Source: a phage
DNA: 64,000 nt
Assembly (NCBI GenBank): GCA_022143435.1
Contig: GCA_022143435.1_3941.1
Direction: 5' to 3' (one strand)
The position numbers and the translations under genes were made by a program. Positions 1-8,530 of the stretch are shown piece by piece. Numbering within the stretch: the first letter of the stretch is position 1; each line of letters opens with the position of its first letter. Below the pieces are notes generated by a model, which was given only the letters and a program-made list of their open reading frames with translations, ran no database searches and had not been told where the DNA came from.

Positions 1-10
1 CTATAAAAAC

Positions 11-193
11 CTACCTGCACAATTCTAAAATGATTTTTCTTGCCCGACCTGAGCGGGGTCTGCACGTTTTGAAAATGAAAAAGCTCTTTGGAGATTACCT
101 GCACAGTTTGAAAATGAATTTTCTCTTTGGAGTTCAAAATTCTCTCTACAGATTTCTCTACAGAACTCTACCTGCACAATTCTAAAATGAAAA
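11..193. repeat. Four direct copies of a ~23-bp motif (CTGCAC-N2-TT-N2-AAAATGA; at 11-33, 59-83, 95-119, 168-193) plus tandem TCTCTACAGA x2 (144-164); non-coding region at window start
   Basis: Read directly in sequence; no ORF in the ORF track covers this region. Confidence 0.6.
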
Positions 194-263
194 AGCCCTC
201 CTTACCTGAAAAATTTACCAGATAAGAAAGGCTTAGGCTATTGTGAATATACTACAGAGTTTC

Positions 264-1049
264 TTAGTTCTTTGCGTCTAAGAAGGTAACTTCTGGTGAA
301 GAGAAGATTGCCTCGATATCCTCATCAGTTCTTGCATAGATATAAGCTTCTGCATCACTACCAAATGTTACAGCAATTCTGTGATTGCTCTTTGACAGGT
401 GGGTAACTAGAGCGTTACTTAGAGACATCTTTTCAACCGGAGGGTTACTTTGATGTATCTTACCTTTTCTTCGTCTGAATAGGGTAACTGCGTTATCTGT
501 GAACACTGCTACACCTGCAAAGTATTCTGGTTCACAGTAGTTCTTCCAACCTGAGCGTAACTTGTGGTACATCTCGCCTTCATAGACATACAGATAAACA
601 TCTACACTCTTCATCACCTGATTGATGATAACTGTGATGGCTTGAGGGTCAAGTCCACCGATACCTGCACCAATCATAGGTAAACCAACTTTCTTCAACT
701 GATTAACTTCACAGTATCTGTTAAGCTGTTTCAAAGATGACTCTAAAGCACTGTATCGGGCATCTTTACCAGTCTTAAGCTGAGTGTAAAGGTTAGCTAT
801 ACGACCTTGTTTTAAGCGTGCTACAGAGAAATTACCTAGTAAATTCTCACAGGGTTTGTGACCTATACCACCTGCATAGAGATAAACTTCTGTATCGGTC
901 TCATATGCTTTTGGGTAAAGTTTAGAAATCTTGTCAGCGATACCTGCGCCCATTAGGTTCATGCAGTTACAACCATGACCAATGATGTCAAACTTACCTT
1001 TATCAAATGCAGCAAAGATATCACCATTGATGATTTTTACAATACCCAT
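264..1049 (-). CDS. Macro-domain protein (ADP-ribose binding/processing fold) with C-terminal extension
   Basis: N-terminal GDI...DIIGHGCNC...MGAGIA and later GLPMIGAGIGGLDP match the two glycine-rich macro-domain signature motifs. Confidence 0.6.
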   Translation of the reverse strand: MGIVKIINGDIFAAFDKGKFDIIGHGCNCMNLMGAGIADKISKLYPKAYETDTEVYLYAGGIGHKPCENLLGNFSVARLKQGRIANLYTQLKTGKDARYSALESSLKQLNRYCEVNQLKKVGLPMIGAGIGGLDPQAITVIINQVMKSVDVYLYVYEGEMYHKLRSGWKNYCEPEYFAGVAVFTDNAVTLFRRRKGKIHQSNPPVEKMSLSNALVTHLSKSNHRIAVTFGSDAEAYIYARTDEDIEAIFSSPEVTFLDAKN

Positions 1050-1328
1050 TTAGCATCTCTCCCAAGATTCTTTATCTTCTGAAGGTTTTACACGTTGCCC
1101 CTCATGGTCTACCCAGATGCACCCACAACCTTCACAGATTACTGGCATTGCATAACCAGCTTTAAAATCATCTTCAGTGATAAGACCTTTTAAGTCACCT
1201 GTATCACGTCCGAACATTTCGATAGAACAGTCTTTACAGAAGTCAGCCATGAATAATTGCCTCTTGAATGATGATACCTTTACCACAACGACTTTTAAAG
1301 TCTTCCAATGGTTCAGAGATGAAGCCAC
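1050..1328 (-). CDS. Small Cys-rich (zinc-ribbon-like) protein; likely true start at internal Met (MADFCKDC, ~1250)
   Basis: CxxC...CxGC pattern; overlaps next ORF so internal start is more plausible. Confidence 0.35.
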   Translation of the reverse strand: MASSLNHWKTLKVVVVKVSSFKRQLFMADFCKDCSIEMFGRDTGDLKGLITEDDFKAGYAMPVICEGCGCIWVDHEGQRVKPSEDKESWERC

Positions 1329-1470
1329 GTAAGCAGTCAGTGAATACTAAGTTCTTCCTGTAAGCTATCACATCATTTGCTGTAAATGGGATGACCTCAT
1401 TTCGTCCAATGAATACTGCTGACCTTATAAGTTTTCGTGTCTTTTTATCTCTGGCTAGTATTACTTTCAT
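1243..1470 (-). CDS. Hypothetical protein
   Basis: ORF in co-directional gene array; no recognised motif. Confidence 0.3.
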   Translation of the reverse strand: MKVILARDKKTRKLIRSAVFIGRNEVIPFTANDVIAYRKNLVFTDCLRGFISEPLEDFKSRCGKGIIIQEAIIHG

Positions 1471-1771
1471 AGTTTACCTTCTCAGTTAGTTCATATAAAT
1501 CAACATGCTCAATACTGTCAATGTTGATATCAATCTTTTTGAAACGCTCCATCACTTCGTTATCAGTCATCCATATCAGACACCAATGATTCTGGATGGA
1601 TTCTTCAAGAAGGTCAACACAATCTTTAAAGGTTTTTGTATCACTTCTTGTTCCTACTACTGCGATTGTTCCATATAGCCACTTACCATTGCCATAAGAT
1701 ACTTGTGCTACGCCAACTTCTTTACCTTTCTCATAGTAAACGGCTACAAAGTCTCTTCCATTAATCTGCAT
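1445..1771 (-). CDS. Hypothetical protein
   Basis: ORF tightly packed in minus-strand array. Confidence 0.4.
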   Translation of the reverse strand: MQINGRDFVAVYYEKGKEVGVAQVSYGNGKWLYGTIAVVGTRSDTKTFKDCVDLLEESIQNHWCLIWMTDNEVMERFKKIDINIDSIEHVDLYELTEKVNYESNTSQR

Positions 1772-1773
1772 AG

Positions 1774-2043
1774 TTACTTCCTCGTTTTAAGAACTGCTAA
1801 GATTTCTTTAGAATCTGGTAAGAACCATGTGTAGTGATTCTCTTTGATTTCTGGATGAGTGTCAACCTTTATTTTGCACTCTTTACCAACATGTTTAAGC
1901 TGTGCTGTGACACCTTGCATAAAGATATGGCACATCACATTATCCATAATGGTTGGTGAGAAATCAATTCGCATATAAGTCTCTTTTGGTCGTGGTAACA
2001 GTAAGTACCCTTCTACGTAAAAAGTATCTTGATTCTCTGTCAT
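1774..2043 (-). CDS. Hypothetical protein
   Basis: ORF tightly packed in minus-strand array. Confidence 0.4.
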   Translation of the reverse strand: MTENQDTFYVEGYLLLPRPKETYMRIDFSPTIMDNVMCHIFMQGVTAQLKHVGKECKIKVDTHPEIKENHYTWFLPDSKEILAVLKTRK

Positions 2044-2309
2044 TGCTGCTTATTCCCTAATAAAATCATGTCAATAAGGTTGTTAGCTTTGATTGTGCAC
2101 TGGTAAAAGCCGTCACGATAGAACTCAAGGGCTGCTGCTACATCGCTGCCTGTGTTGCCTTTGATGATATACCGTGATTCTTCTTGGGTGTACTTATCAC
2201 CCTCACTTACTTGGGAGTTTTTGAATGTACTGCTCACTTTGTTCGTTGAACACCCTGACATAGTTATCAGTAACACAAACATTATAAAACTCTGGCTTAG
2301 TTTTTTCAT
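2040..2309 (-). CDS. Putative lipoprotein, possible o-spanin
   Basis: Signal peptide with lipobox (LITMSGC); start lies inside 3' end of upstream membrane-protein gene in another frame (Rz/Rz1-like overlap). Confidence 0.35.
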   Translation of the reverse strand: MKKLSQSFIMFVLLITMSGCSTNKVSSTFKNSQVSEGDKYTQEESRYIIKGNTGSDVAAALEFYRDGFYQCTIKANNLIDMILLGNKQQ

Positions 2310-2550
2310 ATGTTAGTACCTCTTTTGTATGCTTATTCTTAGCAAGCACATCTTTCAAATCATTTTTGTAATTGGTGCTGAGTGTGGCTAAACCTTCCTG
2401 ATAAGCATCTTTAGCAACACTTATTAGTTTCTCATTATTTAGCTCAGTTTCAGCAACTTGATAGTCTCTGTAAGAGTATCCTCCCCAGACACCTGCACCA
2501 ACTAAGAAAACAATTATGAAAGTAGCTTGACAGAACTCTTTAAATGTCAT
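2203..2550 (-). CDS. N-terminal transmembrane protein, possible i-spanin
   Basis: Single N-terminal TM helix (FIIVFLVGAGVWGG) then charged, helix-prone region; overlaps lipoprotein gene. Confidence 0.35.
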   Translation of the reverse strand: MTFKEFCQATFIIVFLVGAGVWGGYSYRDYQVAETELNNEKLISVAKDAYQEGLATLSTNYKNDLKDVLAKNKHTKEVLTYEKTKPEFYNVCVTDNYVRVFNEQSEQYIQKLPSK

Positions 2551-2562
2551 TTAACAATCTCC

Positions 2563-2590
2563 TAAAATGAAAAAGGCTCCCGAAGGAGCC
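2563..2590 (-). terminator. Hairpin GGCTCC-CGAA-GGAGCC followed by T-run on minus strand
   Basis: Inverted repeat and T-tract read in sequence. Confidence 0.5.
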
Positions 2591-2602
2591 TGTATCTTAA
2601 CC

Positions 2603-3067
2603 TTAACCGAGGACTTTAGCAAGGATATTCGCAGCCATCGAAGAAGCTTTTGCAGCAGCAACTACGCCAGCTTTGACAGTGCTATCCTTAATAGCAGATA
2701 CCGTTGCAGCATCAGTAAAGAGATAAGTGATTGTTTTAGAACCACTTGTAAAGGAAAGCATAAGAGTAGTTTCCAGATTGAAAGAGCGATACGGAGCACC
2801 TTCTTTAACGATACCTTCAGCACCTAACTCTGAAGCCTTGCCCATATCATAGATAGTCATCAGGTTTTCTTTGTGTGCAGTAGTTGAACCAGCACCTTTT
2901 ACGTGTTTTTTAACATTCAATAATGCACGATATTCACGAATGCTGCCATCAGCTTTTACATTAACAGCACGAAAAATTTTACCTTCAAAGTTACCTTGAA
3001 TCATTTTACGAACTATTGCAGATTTGTTTACCGTATCGTCCAGTGCTACCGTAATGATATTGTTCAT
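2603..3067 (-). CDS. Hypothetical protein
   Basis: ORF; no recognised motif. Confidence 0.4.
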   Translation of the reverse strand: MNNIITVALDDTVNKSAIVRKMIQGNFEGKIFRAVNVKADGSIREYRALLNVKKHVKGAGSTTAHKENLMTIYDMGKASELGAEGIVKEGAPYRSFNLETTLMLSFTSGSKTITYLFTDAATVSAIKDSTVKAGVVAAAKASSMAANILAKVLG

Positions 3068-3077
3068 AAGTTTTCTC

Positions 3078-3773
3078 TCAATGTTTAACTAACATGGTTT
3101 TAATGTGTGGAAGGATTCTGTTCACCTTCTGCACATTCTTCTCTGTGTCTTCTATAAAACATACTATATTAAAGTAAGGCAGGATGCAAGACTGAATCAT
3201 CCTCACTTTCAAACTTTCTGCACTTATAGAGTTAGTTCCAAAACCACGCATAAAAAGCATGTAGTCATGCTCTATGTTGTGCCTTAAAAACATCTCAGTA
3301 GGTATTCTCTGAGATTCACCTCTCGCTGTCAAGAGTCCAATGGCAGCATGATTAGCAATTGCATCAATAATACTAAAGACATACGTTGGTTTTGCTCTTA
3401 CAGAGTCAAGAAGATTAGTGTACTGTGAGAATGACCCATCAGTCAATTCCGTTGAGCAATCTTCGTGATTAAAATTTGTAAGAACACCATCAATATCTGC
3501 TAAGATGAGGTTACCTTTTTCTACAAGGTCTTTATTGACTATGACTAAGCTATCACGACTTACACCTATAGTTTGTCCAGTCTCTTTATCTACAACATTC
3601 ACAATTGGCTCTGATGTGTGGAACTCTTCGAGTGAACATACAACTTCTCTTGCAGTGTCTTCAAAATCCCTACACTGTTCTGGAGTCCATACACAGGAAT
3701 CAAGACCTAACTCATGAGGATGTAAGTCGTAAGCATGACACAGTACTTCATCAGACTTTTTTAATTTTTTCAT
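3078..3773 (-). CDS. HAD-superfamily phosphatase (possible deoxynucleotide 5'-phosphatase)
   Basis: HAD motif I ADIDGVLT; phage nucleotide-metabolism context. Confidence 0.5.
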   Translation of the reverse strand: MKKLKKSDEVLCHAYDLHPHELGLDSCVWTPEQCRDFEDTAREVVCSLEEFHTSEPIVNVVDKETGQTIGVSRDSLVIVNKDLVEKGNLILADIDGVLTNFNHEDCSTELTDGSFSQYTNLLDSVRAKPTYVFSIIDAIANHAAIGLLTARGESQRIPTEMFLRHNIEHDYMLFMRGFGTNSISAESLKVRMIQSCILPYFNIVCFIEDTEKNVQKVNRILPHIKTMLVKH

Positions 3774-4299
3774 GGTTTACCTTAGAAATGTTTGTTGCAA
3801 ATTCACATTGAGCAATGACTTTCATGTTGTTATAGACATCTTGAGAATATTTCTTAGCTTTAGGGATTTTGTACGAATACCCAGCATTATATGATGCTAA
3901 AACTTTTTGTAAAGTCTTCTTTGACTTTGGCTGACCATGCACCTTTGTCCAAAACTCAAGCTCTTTGTGAGTTTCCTTCGCAGCATAGTTAAAGTCTTTT
4001 AAGAGTTTCTTTTTAGCCACATTAGGACTAATTTTGTTACGCTTTACAACAGTCTTCAAGTGATTCTGGAAAATACCATAATCATGTGTCTTTTTATTCT
4101 CTACCTTCAGACCTAACTCTGACTCTTGTAAGGCTATAGCAGCTAGAGTGATACCCCAACCTTTACCCATGTTGTTCTCACCATACTGGTAAGCTTTTAA
4201 CATGTTTACTTTTTGGCTAATTGATAGCTCTGGGCAGTCAACTGCATAAGATAAGTGTGCTGTAAACATTAAGCACAAACCTAGAATCAATTTCTTCAT
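3751..4299 (-). CDS. Secreted lytic transglycosylase-like protein (SLT domain); candidate endolysin or periplasmic murein hydrolase
   Basis: N-terminal signal peptide; QESELG...DYGIFQ resembles the SLT catalytic E-S...G(L/I)xQ motif. Confidence 0.45.
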   Translation of the reverse strand: MKKLILGLCLMFTAHLSYAVDCPELSISQKVNMLKAYQYGENNMGKGWGITLAAIALQESELGLKVENKKTHDYGIFQNHLKTVVKRNKISPNVAKKKLLKDFNYAAKETHKELEFWTKVHGQPKSKKTLQKVLASYNAGYSYKIPKAKKYSQDVYNNMKVIAQCEFATNISKVNHEKIKKV

Positions 4300-4359
4300 T
4301 GGTTCTCCTGTTTAGTTTATCGTGACAACAATTATACAGCACTCTGCACAAAATACAAA

Positions 4360-4386
4360 TAAAAAAGGCCGCCGAAGCAGCCTTTT
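4360..4386 (-). terminator. Rho-independent terminator hairpin (AAGGCCGC-CGAA-GCAGCCTT) with T-run on minus strand
   Basis: Inverted repeat plus TTTTTT on minus strand. Confidence 0.55.
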
Positions 4387-4399
4387 AAGAAATTACTTA

Positions 4400-5509
4400 T
4401 TAGATTTCACGTTTACGCTGAGAGATAAGTTCACCAGCAGTGCCAACGATGACATGCAAAGCTTCAGTCTTGCCATCCCATGATTTCAGTACTTTACGTT
4501 GATTATCAACGATTGCTGCAACTTCATAACGTGATGAACGCATCTTCATATCGTTGTAATCAGTTGGAACAGATACAACATCTCGTGGATGGACACGAAC
4601 CTTCAGAATTGTATCACCTGAGAAGCAACGAACATAATCCCAAGCACCAACGTGAAGACCTTGAGAGCAAGTCACGTTACGGTTATTATCAACCATCCAA
4701 CGTGGCATTTCTACAATGTTACCTAAATCATTAGGTACTCTGTAGGTGTGGGAGTCAACCAGCTTGCCTTCACGAGTAGAGACTTTCTTCCAACCAATGA
4801 TGTAGCCTTCTTCATCAATTTCAACATCAAGGTGAGATATGAATCCCCAAAGTTGTTCTACAGAATCTTTAGATGGGTTTTCCATCAGTTTTTCTAAGAA
4901 CATTACAAGTCGTTCAAAACCTTTATCACCAGTCTTCATCATGTGAAGTATACGGTCAACCAGAGTAGAACGCATCTCAACAGCACCGTAGAATAGCTTA
5001 TCACCTTTGATTGTGATAGCTCCCTGCGTGAAGTTTTCGATAGACTTACGAATGTTCATCAGTTCAAAGGCTTTCTTGAACTCACCTTTCACAACATGAA
5101 CTACAATCTCTTGATAGTTCGGATGAGTAGACTCAACAATTTCAGATTCTGAACCGTAAGTCATAATTACAGAGTCACCAGTAATCATGTACTCAATCTT
5201 GTCATCTTTCTGCATAGCTTCATGCAGTTTATTTACTGGAGCTTTCTGTACAGACTCTTTAACAACCTTTTCAACTGGTTTGTCAGCTTTCTTTTTAAAG
5301 GTCTTAGCAACTTGCTTCAAAGTCTTCGTAGCTGGTGTAGAAGTCACCTTCTTATTCCCTTTTAAGGTTGCTTCATGACGCTCTACAGCACGACCGACTG
5401 AACGGGTTGAGGTGTTAAATTTCTGTGCAATAGCGGTTTTAGTCAGCTTGCCCTCTTTAACCAGTTTGTAAATTTCTGCGTCAATCTGTGCTTTAGTTTT
5501 AGTAGTCAT
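4400..5509 (-). CDS. rIIB: rIIB-like protein (N-terminal HTH-like region)
   Basis: Lies immediately downstream of the rIIA-like gene; N-terminal HTH-like segment; assignment mainly by synteny. Confidence 0.4.
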   Translation of the reverse strand: MTTKTKAQIDAEIYKLVKEGKLTKTAIAQKFNTSTRSVGRAVERHEATLKGNKKVTSTPATKTLKQVAKTFKKKADKPVEKVVKESVQKAPVNKLHEAMQKDDKIEYMITGDSVIMTYGSESEIVESTHPNYQEIVVHVVKGEFKKAFELMNIRKSIENFTQGAITIKGDKLFYGAVEMRSTLVDRILHMMKTGDKGFERLVMFLEKLMENPSKDSVEQLWGFISHLDVEIDEEGYIIGWKKVSTREGKLVDSHTYRVPNDLGNIVEMPRWMVDNNRNVTCSQGLHVGAWDYVRCFSGDTILKVRVHPRDVVSVPTDYNDMKMRSSRYEVAAIVDNQRKVLKSWDGKTEALHVIVGTAGELISQRKREI

Positions 5510-5551
5510 CTTATTACTCTCTCTTGTTAGTTAATAAATCATTTTGTGATG

Positions 5552-5578
5552 CTATTTTAAGGGGCTTTGAAGCCCCTT
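5552..5578 (-). terminator. Hairpin AAGGGGCTT-TGA-AGCCCCTT
   Basis: Inverted repeat; flanking U-tract is weak. Confidence 0.4.
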
Positions 5579-5588
5579 ATCAAACACT

Positions 5589-7955
5589 TTAATCGTAAAT
5601 TGTAGTCCCTTCTGGAACACATTTTACATCAAAGCCTAAGAACTTACTCACTTCGATGGGTGACACTTTATTCCAATCTAAATGAGAAAGCAAGAAGTTT
5701 TCTTGTTTTCTTTTTGAAAGGTAGTTTGTCACCTTAATGACCATACGGTCACCAGCTTTCTTAATTTTCTTGTAAAGCTTTGTATCATTGTCAAGACAGT
5801 CTTTCAAAGTTTTCAATACACTAATAGTATAAGTGTATGCAAATGGTGCAGCAACGTATTGGATTTTACCGAACATTGCCTCTACAGCCTCTTCATTACC
5901 TTCTAAGAAGATAGTTTTGTTTGTGTCTCGTGAATAGCAATAGCCACGAGAAATATTCCTGTTATTGAACGTAAAGTTTCTGGCAATAATCCAACTGCTT
6001 GTAAGGTCAAGGACACCATTCATATAGATACGTGTCATATACCTGTTATGATTAATCCAATGAACATCAGTTAAGCTGTCGTTCAAGAGTTTCTCATCTA
6101 CTTCAATCCAGTCTTCTGGTATCTTTTTCCAATTTGCTTTTCGGAAAACATAGACTGTCTTCCCTGTAACATTAGCAACTGACTTGGCTACATCTTCTGG
6201 AGATGAGCAAAAACATTCGCCATCAACTGTGTCACCAACTGCCTTAATGTAAAGCTGAGGTTCTTCAATTGTATCAAAGTCCTCTAAAACCTCTTTATAG
6301 GAAGCTACACCTTCTGCTGGAACAGCTTTCCAGAGTTTTACAACACCCCTTACAGCTTCTTTGCGCTGGTAATGGTGCTCCTTATCAGACATTTTCACAA
6401 TCTTTAACAAGCTTTTATCAAGTTTGTGTAGATTTATTAAATCATCCAACTCTTTTTCAGTCGAGAATACAAACACAATACCATTGTATCTGTGGAACAG
6501 GCTTGACTCGTTGGCGTAGTCTCGACATGCACCACGCAAGATTTGATTGCGGCCTACAGTCTTTTCAGTACCGTTTTTATTGCGACGGTCATTAATCACG
6601 AACAAAAACTGTTCAATTTGGCTTTTACGCATTGCACCAAAAATATTGAACATGCTCGCCTCTTGAGTGTAGGAAAGTGCTGTTGCACGAATCTTACTCT
6701 CTAAAGAGTTAAACTTAACATAGGCAACTGGATTGTATAGGTAGTCAACTTTAGGGATATTGTTTCCTTTGCTGTCAACCTTAATATTACCTTTGCCGTC
6801 ACGTTCATAAATGACTGAGCCGTCTTCTGCGTAGATAATTCCACGACGAATGTTTAGTAATTCTTCTTCCAGAGAATCAAGCTTAACACCTCCCCACTCT
6901 AGCTTTGGACACACAACATTAAACATCTCTCGTGAGTTTAAGCGTAACTCAGCATAAGCCTGTGCAGCATCCATGAGTGTAGGTTGACTATTAACTTTCT
7001 TGATAACATCCTTTGTAATTGCTTCAGTTATCTTTTTAGTAGCCTCGATGATAACATTTTTTGTCGTGTCATTCATCTGCAATGCTTCACGAGAAGCTGC
7101 AATAGCAACTGAACCAATAGGCATGTAGATGTTTACAAGGTCTATGCTCCTGCGGAAAAATTCTGGTAATACTTTGAAGAAATCATCACCAAGTAATGCC
7201 TCCATATTAACTGGGTAGGCAATATTACCCATAACCACGTTAAACTCTGTTCTATTGCTGCTTGAACGCCAGCTATGCTTATGAGTCATGGCATCATAGA
7301 CACCTTCTTCACGAGCAATCACATCCATATCTGCTAATATATCATTATACTCCACATTACTCTCTGGTTTTACAGCAAAGTATGAGTATACATTACCAGC
7401 CTCTTCAAAGAACTTTGAAATACGGTGGTCAGCAACTGCCACACGTACAGCTAAACCATTAGGTTCTTTTGTTGGGTTAGTGGTCAGTTTAGTTACTTGA
7501 GGGATACCATTCTCAAGATAAACAGAGTACTTATTAACAACACCGTCAACATAGCTAGACACTGTGAATGACTGAGCAATTGCAAATGGTGACTTTGAGC
7601 CGATACCCATTGCACCAATGTAGTCATTGGAGTCATTCTTTGTAGAAGCCCCGTAGTTTAGGTACAAGCTCATAACTTTGTCATGAGTTAATCCAGTTCC
7701 AAAATCACGAACTTCAAAGTAAGGCTCAAAACGAGTAGGTAAATGCACATGGAATGGGATGTTCTCTTTTCCAGCTTCTTTCTGAGCATCTACTGCGTTA
7801 CATGACAGTTCACGAATAACTGCCCTTTCTTTAAATGTGTATACACCAGAACTCAAAAGGCTGAACATTTCAGGTGTCATTGTAATCTGTGCTTGAGACG
7901 TCTCTAAAGAAGTTGAACTCTTAATCACTTCTGCGTGGTCGTTTACCATGCGCAT
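5589..7955 (-). CDS. rIIA: rIIA-like protein with N-terminal GHKL (Bergerat-fold) ATPase domain
   Basis: GHKL N-box (ELSCNAVDA), G1 box (RDFGTGL) and G2-like GAMGIGSKS; size comparable to T4 rIIA. Confidence 0.55.
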   Translation of the reverse strand: MRMVNDHAEVIKSSTSLETSQAQITMTPEMFSLLSSGVYTFKERAVIRELSCNAVDAQKEAGKENIPFHVHLPTRFEPYFEVRDFGTGLTHDKVMSLYLNYGASTKNDSNDYIGAMGIGSKSPFAIAQSFTVSSYVDGVVNKYSVYLENGIPQVTKLTTNPTKEPNGLAVRVAVADHRISKFFEEAGNVYSYFAVKPESNVEYNDILADMDVIAREEGVYDAMTHKHSWRSSSNRTEFNVVMGNIAYPVNMEALLGDDFFKVLPEFFRRSIDLVNIYMPIGSVAIAASREALQMNDTTKNVIIEATKKITEAITKDVIKKVNSQPTLMDAAQAYAELRLNSREMFNVVCPKLEWGGVKLDSLEEELLNIRRGIIYAEDGSVIYERDGKGNIKVDSKGNNIPKVDYLYNPVAYVKFNSLESKIRATALSYTQEASMFNIFGAMRKSQIEQFLFVINDRRNKNGTEKTVGRNQILRGACRDYANESSLFHRYNGIVFVFSTEKELDDLINLHKLDKSLLKIVKMSDKEHHYQRKEAVRGVVKLWKAVPAEGVASYKEVLEDFDTIEEPQLYIKAVGDTVDGECFCSSPEDVAKSVANVTGKTVYVFRKANWKKIPEDWIEVDEKLLNDSLTDVHWINHNRYMTRIYMNGVLDLTSSWIIARNFTFNNRNISRGYCYSRDTNKTIFLEGNEEAVEAMFGKIQYVAAPFAYTYTISVLKTLKDCLDNDTKLYKKIKKAGDRMVIKVTNYLSKRKQENFLLSHLDWNKVSPIEVSKFLGFDVKCVPEGTTIYD

Positions 7956-8141
7956 AATACTTTCCTCTCAGTTTACTGTTAAATTACTTATTAAACATTT
8001 TACCAGAACCACCACACATAGGGCAACATCCTGCCCTTATGTACCCCTCTCCATTACAGTAGTCACATTTTTTGTGCTCTGCAAAGTACTTGCAAAGGAG
8101 GTAGACAAATACTGCTACACTACCAAGTGACAGTAAAATTT

Positions 8142-8477
8142 CTATCCAATATGCTTGCATGACTCACCTCTCATATTCTTGTAAAGGATAAAGCTTCTGT
8201 CATGGACGATACTTGTAGACACTGCAAAGTTACTTTCAAGCATCTGTTTGTTTGGATTGTAGAAGCTTTCTTTAAACTCGTCAAGTGCAAATTGGTGATT
8301 ATCTGGAAGACCTTTTACACAGACCTTTATTGTAATTGCTGCTGCGACCTTGCCAGTCAGTTCTTCTTTAGCTGCTACTAAAATTTTGTTAAGGAACTTA
8401 TGACCATCTTCAGGCTTCTTGATGTTCTCCCAACGTTCTTCTAAGACAATGTTGATGTTCATCTCTTTGATTTTCAT
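8142..8477 (-). CDS. Hypothetical protein
   Basis: ORF; no recognised motif. Confidence 0.4.
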   Translation of the reverse strand: MKIKEMNINIVLEERWENIKKPEDGHKFLNKILVAAKEELTGKVAAAITIKVCVKGLPDNHQFALDEFKESFYNPNKQMLESNFAVSTSIVHDRSFILYKNMRGESCKHIG

Positions 8478-8490
8478 AGTTTTCTCCAGA

Positions 8491-8516
8491 AATTAAAAAG
8501 GCTCCCGTAGGAGCCT
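8491..8516 (-). terminator. Rho-independent terminator (GGCTCC-CGTA-GGAGCC then TTTTTAATTT on minus strand)
   Basis: Inverted repeat plus T-run directly downstream of the NAMPT gene. Confidence 0.6.
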
Positions 8517-8530
8517 CTTATCATATACTT

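Noticed and set aside
2567-2827. 86-aa plus-strand ORF overlapping a terminator hairpin and the 2603-3067 gene
   Set aside because: Opposite to local transcription direction and overlaps a hairpin that is better explained as a minus-strand terminator.
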